From the NCBI GenBank assembly GCA_963514005.1, contig OY740807.1, positions 29,760,001 to 29,824,000 on the forward strand: DNA of 64,000 nucleotides. The letters run 5' to 3'. The notes below the pieces were generated by a model. That model had not been told where the DNA came from, ran no database searches, and worked only from the letters and a program-made list of their open reading frames with translations. This DNA is from Raja brachyura (taxonomy: Eukaryota). The first letter of the stretch is position 1; each line of letters starts with the position of its first letter. Shown piece after piece: positions 12,251 through 25,363 of this stretch. A program made the translations under genes and the position numbers.

Positions 12251-13173
12251 CGGTGTGGATGATCTCACTGTACGTCCCCAATTCCATCACAAGAGAATGT
12301 ACAAAAAAAATGTTAAGCAACCCTGAATTCATCTCATTGTGCACGTGTGTGTCTACAATTGTCACTCCATCAGTTGGTCGACTTCCCTCCCATCGAGGGG
12401 GCCCCATGCTGTAATAAAATTTATGAGGGTTATATATTCTGCGCACACGACTGGCTTTATGAGTGTCAGTGATAACAATTATAAGGGCCGTACTCTTCAC
12501 ATATTATAATTGGCTCTGGGACTGTGAGTCTTTCACAGAAATGTAACTGCTATCTTCACCTCAGGAAATTTCGACAGTTCAGAAGTGCACACATTGCATT
12601 ATGTTGCTGCACAGTTTTTCACGTATTTAAAAGGTGTAACTCAAACATTTATAAATCAGAAACAAGATATTCTAGAGGCACGTTAAAAATAACGTCCAGG
12701 AGCATGCGATCCCGTGCTGCATATACCTCTCTATAACCTAGGTGTAAACTTAGACCATAATGTACACTATAAATCTTGCAATCACTTTCCCCATCTCATT
12801 GCTGTTGTCTGCCAGGGTGAAACTATGGTTCAGCAATGATTATTTGCCCCACATTGTAAAAAGCAGAATGTCTTTTTGATGAAAGTAGAAGTAAGTGAAT
12901 AAAGTGATCTGACATCTCAAATAGATACATGAAAATTGGGCGATGATGTAAGCTTACCTTTTGTGAATATGTTCATCTATTCACAACATTGCACAGTAAC
13001 ACACTCCGAGGCATAGTTCGTGATGAGTGGTGTGTGATGCAGAGAACACAGGAATTAGCCGATTCTGTGATGTATGTTAAAGAGTCAGGCAACATTTTTG
13101 GTGTGGGACCCTGGGGGAGATGCGTGCACCTCTTAGTATTGACATTTACTACATTCAGTAGGTCTTTCATGCC

Positions 13174-13388
13174 TAGACACAAAATGCTGGAGTTGCTCAG
13201 CAGGACAGGGAACGTCTCTGGAGAGAAGGAATGGGTGACGTTTCGGGTCGAGACCCTTCTTCAGACTGATCTCGACCCGAAACGTCACCCATTCCTTCTC
13301 TCCAGAGATGCTGCCTGTCCCGCTGAGGTACTCCAGCATTTTGTGTCTACCTTCGATTTAAACTAACATCCGCAGTTCTTTCCTACAC
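13174..13388. mobile_element. Penelope terminal-repeat inverted (hairpin) insertion with hammerhead core
   Basis: About 80-bp inverted arms; intact CUGAAGA-A-GGGUCUCGACCC-GAAAC-GUC on the - strand; flanking gtctttcatg duplication. Confidence 0.75.
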
Positions 13389-15949
13389 AGTCTTTCATGT
13401 CCATTGCCTGGCGAGGCCATTTTCATTCATACCTGTGATCACAAAAGCAGCCAATACACCATCTGTCACTTATACAAGCTAATGTAATGTGACATTTTGC
13501 CAGCTCCATGTACAGAGGGATTGGAAGAATTTTGAGGCAGGACTTGCTTACAGTGACTTAACAATCATTCAATGACATGGTGGAGAACAGAGGAGAAACA
13601 AATCAACCATTATTTTCCCCTTGTCATCTATCTTGAGACCTTGCTAATATTAACAGCATCTAATTAAGTGCAATTTATTCCCTGTACATATTCCATAATT
13701 CAACTTATTCTGCTGCAATATGTTTAATATTCAAATAAATCATAAGGTCACTAGTGATAGGAGAAGAATTAGGCCATTCGGCCCATCAAGTCTACTCCGC
13801 CATTCAATCATGACTGATCTATCTCTCCCTCCTAACCCCATTCTCCTGCCTTTTCCCCATAACCCCTGACACCCATCATGCATAAATGATGCATTGCCTG
13901 TTTAAATCTATCTCCAATATAAATCAATGAGTAGGATCTAATCTCAGATGGTGCAATTTGTCCAGGAGTATTTATTTATTTATTGTATCCCTCCCATCGG
14001 GGAATTCAATATGTCCTTGTCAAATCAATACCACTGCAGTGTCTTATAAATAAACCTATCCTGATATAATTCACTCTGTTATAATCTATCTAAATTTAAT
14101 CATTTTGAATAAAATCAATCGAATGTTATTTGCCCAACCGTATATAACAGGTCAGCACAACACAGCTGTCAGCTTCTGTTTTATGTATCACCCATTTTGA
14201 CCAGTTGTCAAGGCCTCATGAAAGGCAAGGTCTCCATCCAACACCAAAAAACCCACATATCTCACTTGTGCCTCGATTAATCTTCCTCTTTGTACCAGAA
14301 TTATTATTTTTTTACTTCCTGCATTATCCCTGCGCAAGAGCTGACTGGTTTATTTTAAAATCTGCTCAATTATGATTGGTTTTGGACTAGGTCACTTAGT
14401 CTGGGCCATTTTTGAAGTTTTACAATCAACAGATAAGAAATATTCATTATGCAGTTGTGGGCAGAAGCAGTCAGTATAATTGAATCATTTTTATTAAAAT
14501 CTGTCCACTATAATCTACCTCAAATCAATCTCAACTCATTTATTCTGCTACTTGATATTAATTCCAGCCCAGCCAATCAAGCTAAAGATTACACTTAGCA
14601 AAATCTACCTCAGTTTTGTCCTCACTTAATTGGCTTTCATACAATCCAATTTATGCCACTAATTTATCATATTTTCATCTATTCCAACGCAATCCGCATA
14701 TCCATAGAGTGTATTTATTATAATTTAATCATTCTGATTCACATACGTCTGTTACAGTAGCATTATTGCCATTTATTCTAATGCAAGCAACCAGGGATAC
14801 ATGTACTTCAAATCGAAATAAGCTATGTTGATAGGTGTGAGTACACCAAATGTCACTGAATGGTAAGAATGCTGTTGAGTCTGATCATTAATTAATCAAT
14901 TGATTCATTAATTAATTAATTGATTCATTAATTGTCGTATGGGGAATGGGTTTGAAACATAAAGAAATGTTAGAAGAGGACAAAGTAGATGGCAGATGCT
15001 GGAATCTGGATTGATAAACGGGACACAAAGAGCCCGGCAGGTCTGGATTTGATGTAGAATCCCAACCCGAGATATTTACTTACCCTCTTGCATCCACGGA
15101 CGTTGCTTGACCCACTGAGTTCTTCCAGTGTTCTGCCTTCTGTTACTAAAAACATGCTAGCTTGTTAATTAACAATTTAAAATAAGCAAATACAATTCAT
15201 AAGCTGTGAGCCTGTTTTAGATTAAAAAACAAATTCTATTGTTTGTTACATATGTTAGAACATAAATTGCTGATCAGTTTGGGTTAGGCAATCAGGCAAC
15301 CATGCCCAAAGTTTAATTTTGGTGGTTCATTGTGCAAACCTGTTTAAATTAAAATCTTCAATGAAGGTCAGTTGGGCAGTAGAACAGGACTTTTATCTCT
15401 TTTTCATCAACTACACCAAGAAATAACTTTAGGGCATTTTTATTAATACAATTTAAAATGGATTTATCATCAGAATAGAGATTTTTAATGTGGGTCCACT
15501 CTGATACAGTCAATAAACATATCTTTTATAACCTTGACTGAATCATTTCATCAGTGTGCGGCCGATAGCTTTGTAGTTAGTTTAATTAAAAATTTGATCT
15601 ATTAAAAATGTAAAAAAATTAGGTTTCTATGAGCATAAATTGAAGTGCCATTCTTAACTAACATAATCTCTGCACTCCTGCTAATCAGCTCTGCTTGCAT
15701 GTATGTGTGTAGGGGTAAGGTGTGATTTTGTGGGTGAATATTGGTGATGGGTGTTCTCTCAAATTAAATCTACTATTTTTAAGTTGGTTTGGAGAAATTC
15801 ACCCAGTTGGGCTGATGAAAATAAGCAGAGAAACTTCTGGTTAATTTTTACAACTATGTCAGGATTAGTCTCTAGGATACAGTAGGTCACAGTGAGAAAT
15901 TATTATTTCCCATAATTGCAGCCTTGATGGAATAGGGTGTCAATATAAA

Positions 15950-17050
15950 GACTCTTAGAGTTGCACAGCATAAAAGTAGGCCCTTCTGCCAAAACATCCA
16001 TGCCAACCATTTAGCGATTTACACTAATCTGACTTTAGGACTGTATCACTCTGTGCTTGCTTATTTAAATTATGTCTAAATGCCTCTTAAATGTATTCAT
16101 TTAATCTGATCCTACCACCTCCTATGGAACATGTTTGAGATATCAATCTCAAAGCTCCATCTTCTCGCCTTAAAATTCATGCTCTACTACGAGAAAAGAT
16201 TGTCCCTCATAATCTCTCTGTGCCTCTGTATCTCTCAGAATCTTATATACTTCTATCAGGTCACCTTTTGGTCTCCTCTGCTCAGGGAAAACAAGCCTGG
16301 TCTATTCACTCTCTCCCCATAACTAATGTCCTCCAATCCTGATGAATCTCCTCTGCACTCTCCAGTGCAATCACATGCTTCCTCAAGTGTGGCAATCTGA
16401 ACTGCTCAAAAATGCTGTCCTTCACGCAGCTTAATCAGTGTTTTGTAAAATTCCCACAAAACACCCAGACTTTTACATTCTATGCCCTGCCACTGAAGCC
16501 TCATGTTCTACACATTATTCACGACCCTACTGATCTGCGTGCCATTTTTGGGGAACTAGGGACTTGGACCCCTAGACCTCTGTTCATCAGTATTTCTTAA
16601 GTCTCCAAACATTTAACCTGCCCCTGCTTGACTTCCCAAAAGTCATTACCTCAAACTTGCTGGGGTTAAATTCCATATGTTAATCCTCTTCCCAACTTTT
16701 CATCTGATTGAAATCATGTTGTAGCCTTAGACTTAGACCACCAATTTTTGTGTCTCCGTAATCCTACTAGTCATCCCTCCAACACAAACACACGCCATTA
16801 ATATATATCACAAACAGCAAAGGTCCCAGCATCGATCCATGCGGTACACCACTGGTCACTGAGTTCCAATCAGAAAAACATCTTTCCACCACCCCCAATT
16901 TGGGATCCAATTAGCCAGCTCACCGTGGATCCCATGTGCATTAACCTTCTGGATTAGCCTACCACATGGGACCTTATCAAATGCCTTACAAAAGTCAATT
17001 TAAACGGCATGTAAAATCCCTGCCTTCATCAATCTCCTTTGTTACCGGCT
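15950..17050 (-). mobile_element. Old CR1 LINE RT and 3' fragment
   Basis: Degenerate AFDKVPCGRL, GVPHGSMLGPLLFVIYIN and KIGG motifs on the - strand, plus tail. Confidence 0.7.
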
Positions 17051-18249
17051 CTGGAAACTCAGAAAACTCTTATGAAATTCTTAAAGATGATTAATTAAAT
17101 GTTTTACCATAATTGGATTTATTAGAATTATTAGAACGACAAACAGTGAATTTTCCTAATTATGCGGTAATACTACGCAGGTCAGAAAGGCATGTTTAAC
17201 ATGACTTGCAATTATTTTAATTATATAAAGGGGATAGTGATGATGGAAAAATAGTCCAGGAGATGTTTGAGCATCTTTAATTCCTATTTATTCCGGGAAA
17301 CGTAAGGGTAATTATAAAGCTTTCTAAAAACATTTAGGGAGAAGTATTACTGGGTAATTTGTGATTAAAACATAATTCCAAGCGAAACCAGGTAAAAATA
17401 GTTGCTGAAAAGAAATGCACAAAAATTTTGAAAAAGGAGAAATACATGCTTATTAAAACAGAAAAATATTAGTGCATCTAAAATGATGGTTGAAACCTGG
17501 ATTTGGCAGTTATGTAATCAATACAAGTCCTTTTACCCTCTGGGAGAGAATAGCTGCAGGCATATAGCACCAGTTGCCAATATTATCACACCACATAACG
17601 TAAACAGAAGCAACTGACTGATAGATCATGTCTGAGGAATTAGACTACCTAGATGGTGCCATAGTGTTAGCAAGTCAACAGCCCACTTCCTCCAAATCCT
17701 ACATCCTATCAGTGACTTCTGCACTGACTGCCAGCATTGGACTTGTATGCTGGCAACATTTCAACCTGACAATCTAACAGCTAAGCAGTTCTGCACAGAT
17801 ACACAAAGCAAGTTACAGGTGCATTGTCCTCTACTACTGGGTTATTTTTGTCCATTTTGACACAATCTCCGTACTATTGTTGAATTGCAGATATTCTAAG
17901 GCTTGATGATTGCTGCTTGAATTCCATGCTTCTTCCAAATGCTGTCTCGAAAGTTTGGCTGCTGTGTGTTAAGACATGTTTTTGATTTGATGCTGTGCCT
18001 ATTTATGACAAACCGAGCCTTAAGATGGACCATGTGCGGAATGAATGGAAAAACTGATTGTCACCGCAATGCCCTGGCAGATATTAGCATGGGGGCAACA
18101 TGCATGTTCTGCTGTGTTGGCTCTGCCACCCACTTGTATAGTCTGGGCAAACCATTAATGCTGGGTGTTGATCTGTGAGAAGCAGATCTCGTGCTTGTAA
18201 TGAAAGCCCTGAAGTCTTGTGTGATGCCTGGCTGCAACTGGTCACTGTG

Positions 18250-18618
18250 TCATAGAGTGATACAGTGTGGAAACAGGCTCTTCGTCTCAACCTGCCCACA
18301 CTGGCCAACATGTCCCAGCTACACTAGTCACGCCTGCCAGCATTTGGTCCATATCCATCCAAACCTGTCATATCCATGTCCATGTCTAACTGTTTCTTAA
18401 ATGTTGGGATAGTCCCTGCCTCAATGCCCTCCTCTGTCAGCTTGTTCCATACTTTCACCACCCTTTGTGTGAAAAAGTTACCCCTCAGATTCCTATTAAA
18501 TATTTTCCCCTTCACCTTAAACCTATGTCCCCTGGTCCTCAATTCACCTTCTCCGGGCATGAGACTCTGTGCATCTACCCGATCTATTCCTCTCATGATC
18601 TTACACATCTTTATAAAG
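18250..18618 (-). mobile_element. CR1 LINE 3' end
   Basis: KIMRGIDRVD...RTRGHRFKVKG..FNRNLRGNFFTQRVVKVWNKL. Confidence 0.85.
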
Positions 18619-19019
18619 TAGCAAGATGGGACTCCCTCCTAACTAAAAGCTACTTTCCCTAACTTGACACCCAAGCGCTCTAGTAGCAGTCTGAATCTTC
18701 ATGCTGAAAGTAAACATCGTAAGACCTCATTCTGGAGGATCTTTATTGGATACATTTCTGAGGTGCTCTGTGGGGATTACAGTGCCCTGAACACACTGCC
18801 ACAGTTCCATCACAGGTACTGCCATGGTTTATCTCATTATTCAATTGGCCATCCAACATTATCCAACCTTGAGCCAAAGATATGTGGGGACATGTTTGGT
18901 GTCCTGTCAAAGGTATGTATTATTCCAGTGTGTAACATATGCCCAGTTGTCAGCCAGAGATATGCATCACAATTTGAATGTTTTATTTGCTACTGCGGTT
19001 TCTTTGTGATGTGCGTATT

Positions 19020-19025
19020 TGCATG
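19020..19025 (+). promoter_or_regulatory. RBFOX-type UGCAUG element upstream of alternative TM exon A
   Basis: TGCATG about 40 nt before the 19063 acceptor and beside the CCTCAC branch candidate (19031-19036); an upstream position is the silencing one. Confidence 0.5.
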
Positions 19026-19062
19026 CCGAGCCTCACCAAATTGTTTTCTTCCCTTCCCACAG

Positions 19063-19140
19063 AAAATGATCTGTATAGGAATATGCATTGCAGTAGTACT
19101 GTTGATTATCATCATTGCTTTGGCTGTGTCCCTCAGTTAA
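19063..19140 (+). CDS. STX1A: Alternative terminal transmembrane exon A of STX1A
   Basis: ttgttttcttcccttcccacAG acceptor, phase 0; KMICIGICIAVVLLIIIIALAVSLS* is a tail-anchor like the syntaxin-2/3/4 C-termini. Confidence 0.85.
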   Translation, partial: KMICIGICIAVVLLIIIIALAVSLS

Positions 19141-19933
19141 TGCTCGAAAGCGCATGACCCACCGAATCATCCTGACTGAGACTAAAGCTGGGCTGTTGTT
19201 CCATGTATGTTTGTGTGAAAAGGAAAGACGACAACTCATCATTCCTGGACACCTCCATTTCATTTTGCCAACACCTAGGATTTTCCTGGAGGGGCTACTT
19301 ACAGGCACCAAGAGCATGATTCAGGTCTGACTTCTCCTCTTCAGTGCGGACCTTGCTTGCTTTGGCATCTCCATAAGCTGAAGAGCAACATCAGGATTCA
19401 AGCTACACTCTTTTATTTATCATTTTGGTTTAACTTAAATGTTTATAATCTTAAAAAGCATTATTGGTTTGCATCTTGCCTTAACAGAGTATGATCCATG
19501 ATTTTACAAACTTATTAGTTCACGATGAATTCAGGTGATGTTCTGCAGCGATTTTTCTATTTTTATAAATAATTTTAAAAGCAATTACTCTCCATTCCGT
19601 TCCTCTCTCTTTCCCATCTTGCTACTTTACCTTTTTTCTATCCAGTCTTTCAGTCTTTCTTTCCACTCTTCTCCCTCTCAACTCCCTCTTTTCTCTTTGT
19701 CAATGTCTCTCTCAAACTAGTCGTCATTCTCTCTGCAAATGGCCAAGCAAATTTTACTAAATGAATGTTGGAATAGAACTCGCCTATTTAGTTCCCAGAG
19801 CTTGTTGTGCCCATTCAGTGACTTAATATATCCACCTCCTGTAACGTAAAATGTAAATGTAACGTAAGATTTCTCAGCCCATCCCGGCTGCTCAAAGTAG
19901 ATAACGAGCATTCGGACGGACGCTGAGAATTTT

Positions 19934-20163
19934 GGCGGCACAGTGGTGCACCTGGTAGACCTGCTGCCTCACAGCGCCAGAGACTTGGGTTCAATCCCAT
20001 CCTTGGGTTCTGTCAGTGTGGAGTTTACACGTTCTCCCTATAACCGTATGGGCTTGGATGAGAAAGAAGGATAACACAAAACTAGTGTGAATGGGTGATC
20101 AATGGTCAGCATGGACTCAGCATGCCAAAGGGCCTGTTTCCATCCTGTGTCCCTAAACTAAAC
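19934..20163 (+). mobile_element. HE1-like tRNA SINE
   Basis: ggcggcacagtggtgca...ggttcaatcc head; gggcctgtttcc...taaactaaac tail. Confidence 0.75.
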
Positions 20164-20366
20164 AAATCACGCAGAAGGTTAACGTAATGAGCAGAAGGAG
20201 CTCATTGCTTCACACCCCACATACCTGACCACCCCACTAGCCACACTTGCCCAATGTAGGTCTTACATTGGCCTTATCAGCCACCTCAGAACCAGAAAGA
20301 AAACAACTCATCCGAAATCCTGTCTAAAACAAAGTTCCCTTATTCCCATTGTTATTCCCATTGTTA

Positions 20367-20734
20367 TCTCTATATAACTAAAAGTCTTTGTCTTGTTTGT
20401 GCCCACGATGTGTCTCTGTATGTGTCAATCTGGTTAATTCCTATCATCTTCTAAACGCTAGGCCACAGCCTTCCCATTTTTACAAATCCTACTCATATTT
20501 TTCCCATGGTGGCGATAAATATCTTCCCGTCGCATTTCCATTTATATTTCTGGTTATCAATCGTTTAAATTTTAAAAACAGCCCGATTTCTTCAACTCAC
20601 CCATTTTGGGAAAAAAAATCCGAGTGGCGTCACAATGCACTCTCAAGGCAGGTCGGGCCACTCTGGGAGGGAGGGACACTCCCGCGCTCCAAACCCCCCC
20701 ACTCCCCCTCCCAACGGTTCTGCAATTGGTCTAG
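20367..20734 (+). mobile_element. Non-autonomous Helitron
   Basis: 5' TCTCTATATAACTAAAA, 3' ccaa...ttgg hairpin then CTAG; inserted at A|T with no TSD. Confidence 0.7.
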
Positions 20735-22529
20735 TTCCCAATAAAAATCTATCAACCTCATAATCTGAATTTAACAGTTCCAGACTGACTAATTTATGAG
20801 TACAAGTGTTCATTCCTCACTTCAATGTTTAGACTGCCATTTCATCTTAAACTCTTAAATCAGTGAAAATAGTTTATCTTTATCTGGTTTATGTTCCCTT
20901 TATTATCTTGAAATCTTGTCAGATAACCCGTTAACCTTGTAAATTGCATGAAATCCGGCCTTCGCATAATTTTTCTTTGTTATGTAATCCTTAAGATTCA
21001 GTTGAATTTCAGAATTAAGATATTATTGCGATAAATCTGCTTTACCCTGTCTAAGGCCAAAATATCCATCCCAACTTGTAGCACACAGACTGCACCCAGT
21101 GCTCCAGTCATGCTCCAATCACGACTTGTAGCAGAATTTCTCAATTTCTTTTAATTTTATTTCTCAATATAAAATCCAGTATTTTATATAAAATCTCAGT
21201 ATAAAATCAAGTATTATATTTGCCCTATTATTTCCAGTATCTGTCTCTGATACTTTATCCAGCCCTCTTTGGATCTCCATTGTTTCTGGTTTAACACCAT
21301 TTGGAAGGTATTCTTTCACATCAGTCCTGTTTTGTGCATTTACCTAATCCATTAGCTCCTTATAAATTAATGCTCTTGTCTATAATGCTTTCGGTTTTGC
21401 CATGTCAGGCAAATTAAATATGTGTTTTCTATCGTGTCATCCAAGTACAACTGATCTTTGCAACCCCAACGCTAATCTTAGTTTTGCTGCCAATTTGAAC
21501 ACCCACCCTTAACTCTATTGCCCGTTTGCTGCCACAGTCAAATCTTAAATCGCTAATTCTTCTTCTATTCCACGAGCTGCCAATTTAGCTAATGGTCCCT
21601 CTGTAAAATACCTCTGGATGTCCATAGAAATAAAGGTTTTGGGCATTCCCTGTTGGCCATTTTAGGTATCTCTTCAGAATATAACTTGACCTCAGGTCTG
21701 TTGCAAACACTATGCTTAGGCCCGAACTGCTGACTTTTACTCCTAAGTTTTGGAGGTTGTAAGATTCCCGGGCAATTGTGAAGGTCTCCAACTTGCTCAG
21801 CGAGCTCTGCCAGCAGTTTCCCAACTGTTCCTTATGGAATCTGGTGGTGATCCATGAACTTGCAGAAGTCCCCAGTAGTTGTGTTGGGAAACCTCTTCAC
21901 TGAACCTGCACCAGGCCCCTTTCACCTGAGTAGAGAGGAACGACCATGAGAGAGAGAAGAGCAAGGTAATTCATATTCGATTGGATAAATAAGTTTGCTC
22001 TAATATTTTTAAATTATTTTAAATAGGTTTTTAATTCTTTATTATTAATTTATTTTTACGATATGTTGTTTTATTCATTTTTAATTGTTTTTGGATGTTC
22101 CTATAATGCCAGTGATATTCAGAATTCTTGACAGCTGGTAAAGCTTGAGATGTAGCTTTACTGTTTGTCAGATTTTTCTTTCAGTTGTTTTGTGTATTGG
22201 GCTTGTTCTAGTCCACCAGATGCCACCATTGCATAACACGACCATGTCACCGTGTAGCATCTCTCCCTTTTAGAATAGGATGGGACTGTACAAAATATTG
22301 ACACTGGAGGATCAGCAAAAGATAAATGAATGGTTAGCACATATGTTATTGCTGAAGAAGGGCAGCCTTCCACTACCAGGAAGTTACAGCCTTCTGTTGC
22401 CAAACATGATCCATTGCAAATATCTACAGAACGGAGGTATACACCAATCCATGGGTCCTCATTTAAAAAAATGCTTTTATTAGATGCAAATTATCTGACG
22501 CACATATCAAAGCAAATTGGCCCTAAAAA

Positions 22530-22860
22530 ATAGAACATAGAACAGTACAGCACTGGAACAGCCCCTTCGGACCACAATGTATATACTGAAGATGATGCCA
22601 AGGCCAACTCTTATCTCCCTGCATATCCATGTGCCTTGTCAAAAGCCTCTTAAATGCCACTATGCGGCTTCTGACACCACCACGACCATCAGCAGAGGTT
22701 TCAGGCACTCACCACCCTCTGTGTAAAAGCTTGCCCCACACATCTTTAAATTTTGCCCCTCTCACCTTAAAGCTATGCCCTCTAGCACTTGATATTTCCC
22801 TTGTGGGAAAAAAAGCTCTGACTGTCTGACCCATCTATGCCTTTCATAATTTAATATGCT
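22530..22860 (-). mobile_element. CR1 LINE 3' fragment
   Basis: ctctcaccttaaagctatgccctct and agaacatagaacagtacagcac tail motifs. Confidence 0.7.
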
Positions 22861-25282
22861 TTGTCAGGTACTAACCTCCCAACTTGATCAACTCCCCAGG
22901 AAACTGTACAAACATCACAGTGAATGAATCCACAGGCATTCCTTTTCAAAGTTTCATGTAGCATGAGTATCATAAGTTACAATGGGAAATTCTTGCCAAA
23001 TTCCTGTGAAAATCCCATTAAACCCATAAAAAATAAAAAATAAATTAAAGAGCAGGAAAATAAATCACAAATCCATGTGAATTTTGGAAATAATCAAACA
23101 TGCAGATACATGTAAAGAAACACATATAAAAACATTTTCATGTACAGATGCGGGAACGAGTGTGGATATTGCCATATATGAATTTGCAGTCATGAACAGT
23201 TCTATAGGAAAAAATATAGATCTAATTTTATGACACTGACAAATGTCAACACAATAGGCCCTGCATAAAAAGAAAACATTCTAACTTTTCCTTAATTTTG
23301 GTAGTAATCTTACATTTGTATTTTCTGGACAGATAATAAAGAAAGATACCTCCTTGGATCAAAAAAATGCCTATCAGACTTCCTAGAATCTTATAAAGTA
23401 GCAAAAGTATTACTTTTTCTCTAGTCTCACCATCACTAAAGCCTCGTACTCCACCAGAAATCCACTGAAATGTTATGCACTATGTATTAAGTTCTTACCA
23501 AAATTGTACTGACCAAATTTGGGATCATATTCTAAATGCAGTTTAACCAATGGCTTGAACAGATGTAGTAATATCTGGTTGTTGAACATGTTTTGTTCCA
23601 CACTTTTTTTAACTTGGCCCTTCCAGTTTAAAAAAAATCATTAATTGCAGTTTATTGTTCCATTCTATCAGCTTGTTTCTCACCATACTAAAGGAAAATG
23701 ATAAATTGTCAACATTTCTTTTATCACATATTATATATGGGCATATGTAACACTGACAACAATTCTCGTAAATGAAATAATGACAAAAGCAAAATAATAA
23801 AAATACAAATAATTCGTTGATCTCAAAGAAATTATCAACTGTGATACAAACTACTGAAGTGCTGTTATTTAACCCCCAAAAAAAGTGAAGCTGCCTAAAT
23901 AATAATAGACTCCACGGAAAAACATAAATACACTATGCAATAAAAGTAACACGATTTCTCCCCAAAAGCAAAGGAGCCTTATTGCCGTGGGAGAAATGTA
24001 TTGTGTTACAGCATGGGCCCTCTCCCGTGTCCCCACTACTCCTAATGAATGTGTGACTGGAACAGTATTATCCAGCTGTAAAACGACAGCACTATGTAAT
24101 ACATGTGGATAGTGCCATCGTTTTACAGGTGTTTTGTACCTTCCTAGATTTTACTCAGTTCTTCTTGTATCAGCATTACATTCCTCACTTTCTCTTCGTC
24201 CATTTCTGAAGATGTGGCTTGCTGTTTTGCATGATTGTAGATTTTAATGGCTGCTCTGCTGTTAAAACTTTTACAACCCTTTCACAAGGTGTGTGTAAGG
24301 TGAAGAGTGAGAGACTGTAAGGGAAGCAGTTGAGCTGCTATAACAAACTGACAGAAGTTGGAGAAGCTGATGATTCCATTGGCCACAAGGAATAGAAGAT
24401 AGTTTAGGTCTATATTATAGTCTAGATCTTAACAGACATCTCAACAGGGAATCTAAAATGTGTCCCTATGCAGTTCAATGCCTGATGATGGTAAGTGAAT
24501 TGACAATAAATAACATTCTTACATGCGGACATGCACTTTACACCTCTTTGTGCACACACTTGCAATCACACCCCTCTCTTAAAATTGTATTATCAACTCA
24601 GAATTGAACCAAATTAGATTTTGAATACTCGTCTTTCTCCCAAAATCTGCTCCTTTTGCAAAGCTTTTCAATTACTGTAAATACAAATTTGACAGCAAAA
24701 AGTAGATTAGGGTAAGATGCCAGTCAGAAACTTATTAACTCAATTCAATAATGTGTAAACATTTTACATTGGGATTAAAGGTCAAAAGAAGACATCATAC
24801 TTTCTACCTCCCCAGCTGTTTCCAGCTACAAAAAATGTCATGAGCGAGTGTTTATTGTCACCAAATTGTTAAGAAGAGAGATTTAAAATATGAAGTGGGA
24901 GCATTGTTGTTGTATGGTTGCATCTAATGTGAGCAGTTGTCTAATGTGAGGATGGCTTCTTAATATGATGGAGTGTGGTGATGGAATATGTGGTGTCCTA
25001 TTTATACCAAGAGATGTGTGGTGTGCGAGAGGTTTGAAATGTGAGGGACTTATGTTTCAAGGTAGGTTCTGAAATGTTAATGGTTTGTTAAAATGAAGAG
25101 CCTGCAACAAGAAGATATCAATAAGAACATTTACTGATGTAAAGGGAAGGTTATAATCTGTTTTGGAATTGCTTCATCTTCCATTCTGTAAAGACTCTGA
25201 ATCATTTAAATGTAAATAAAGTTACAGAACTAACACTTTCTCCTCTTCTTCCTGTCATGCTGCTTGGATTTGGGGGCTACAG

Positions 25283-25363
25283 AAGAAGATAATGATTATT
25301 ATATGCTGTGTGGTGCTGGGGGTCGTCATTGCCTCCACAGTTGGGGGAGTGTTTGGATTTTGA
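25283..25363 (+). CDS. STX1A: Canonical terminal transmembrane exon B of STX1A
   Basis: ctacAG acceptor; KKIMIIICCVVLGVVIASTVGGVFGF*, matching the syntaxin-1 TM with its CC doublet. Confidence 0.97.
   Translation, partial: KKIMIIICCVVLGVVIASTVGGVFGF

Noticed and set aside
18664-19062. N-terminal part of the 158-aa ORF
   Set aside because: Intronic read-through; only the part after the 19062 acceptor resembles syntaxin.
21850-22500. Possible extra exons (donor AAG|GTAATT near 21966, acceptor tttcAG near 22184)
   Set aside because: No recognisable syntaxin or transmembrane reading frame; such motifs are common by chance.
803-25363. Gene could be STX1B, STX2 or STX3
   Set aside because: [22 protein letters not shown] and VIASTVGG, plus linkage to TBL2, fit STX1A, although a few residues (TNEE, HSVDY) are 1B-like.
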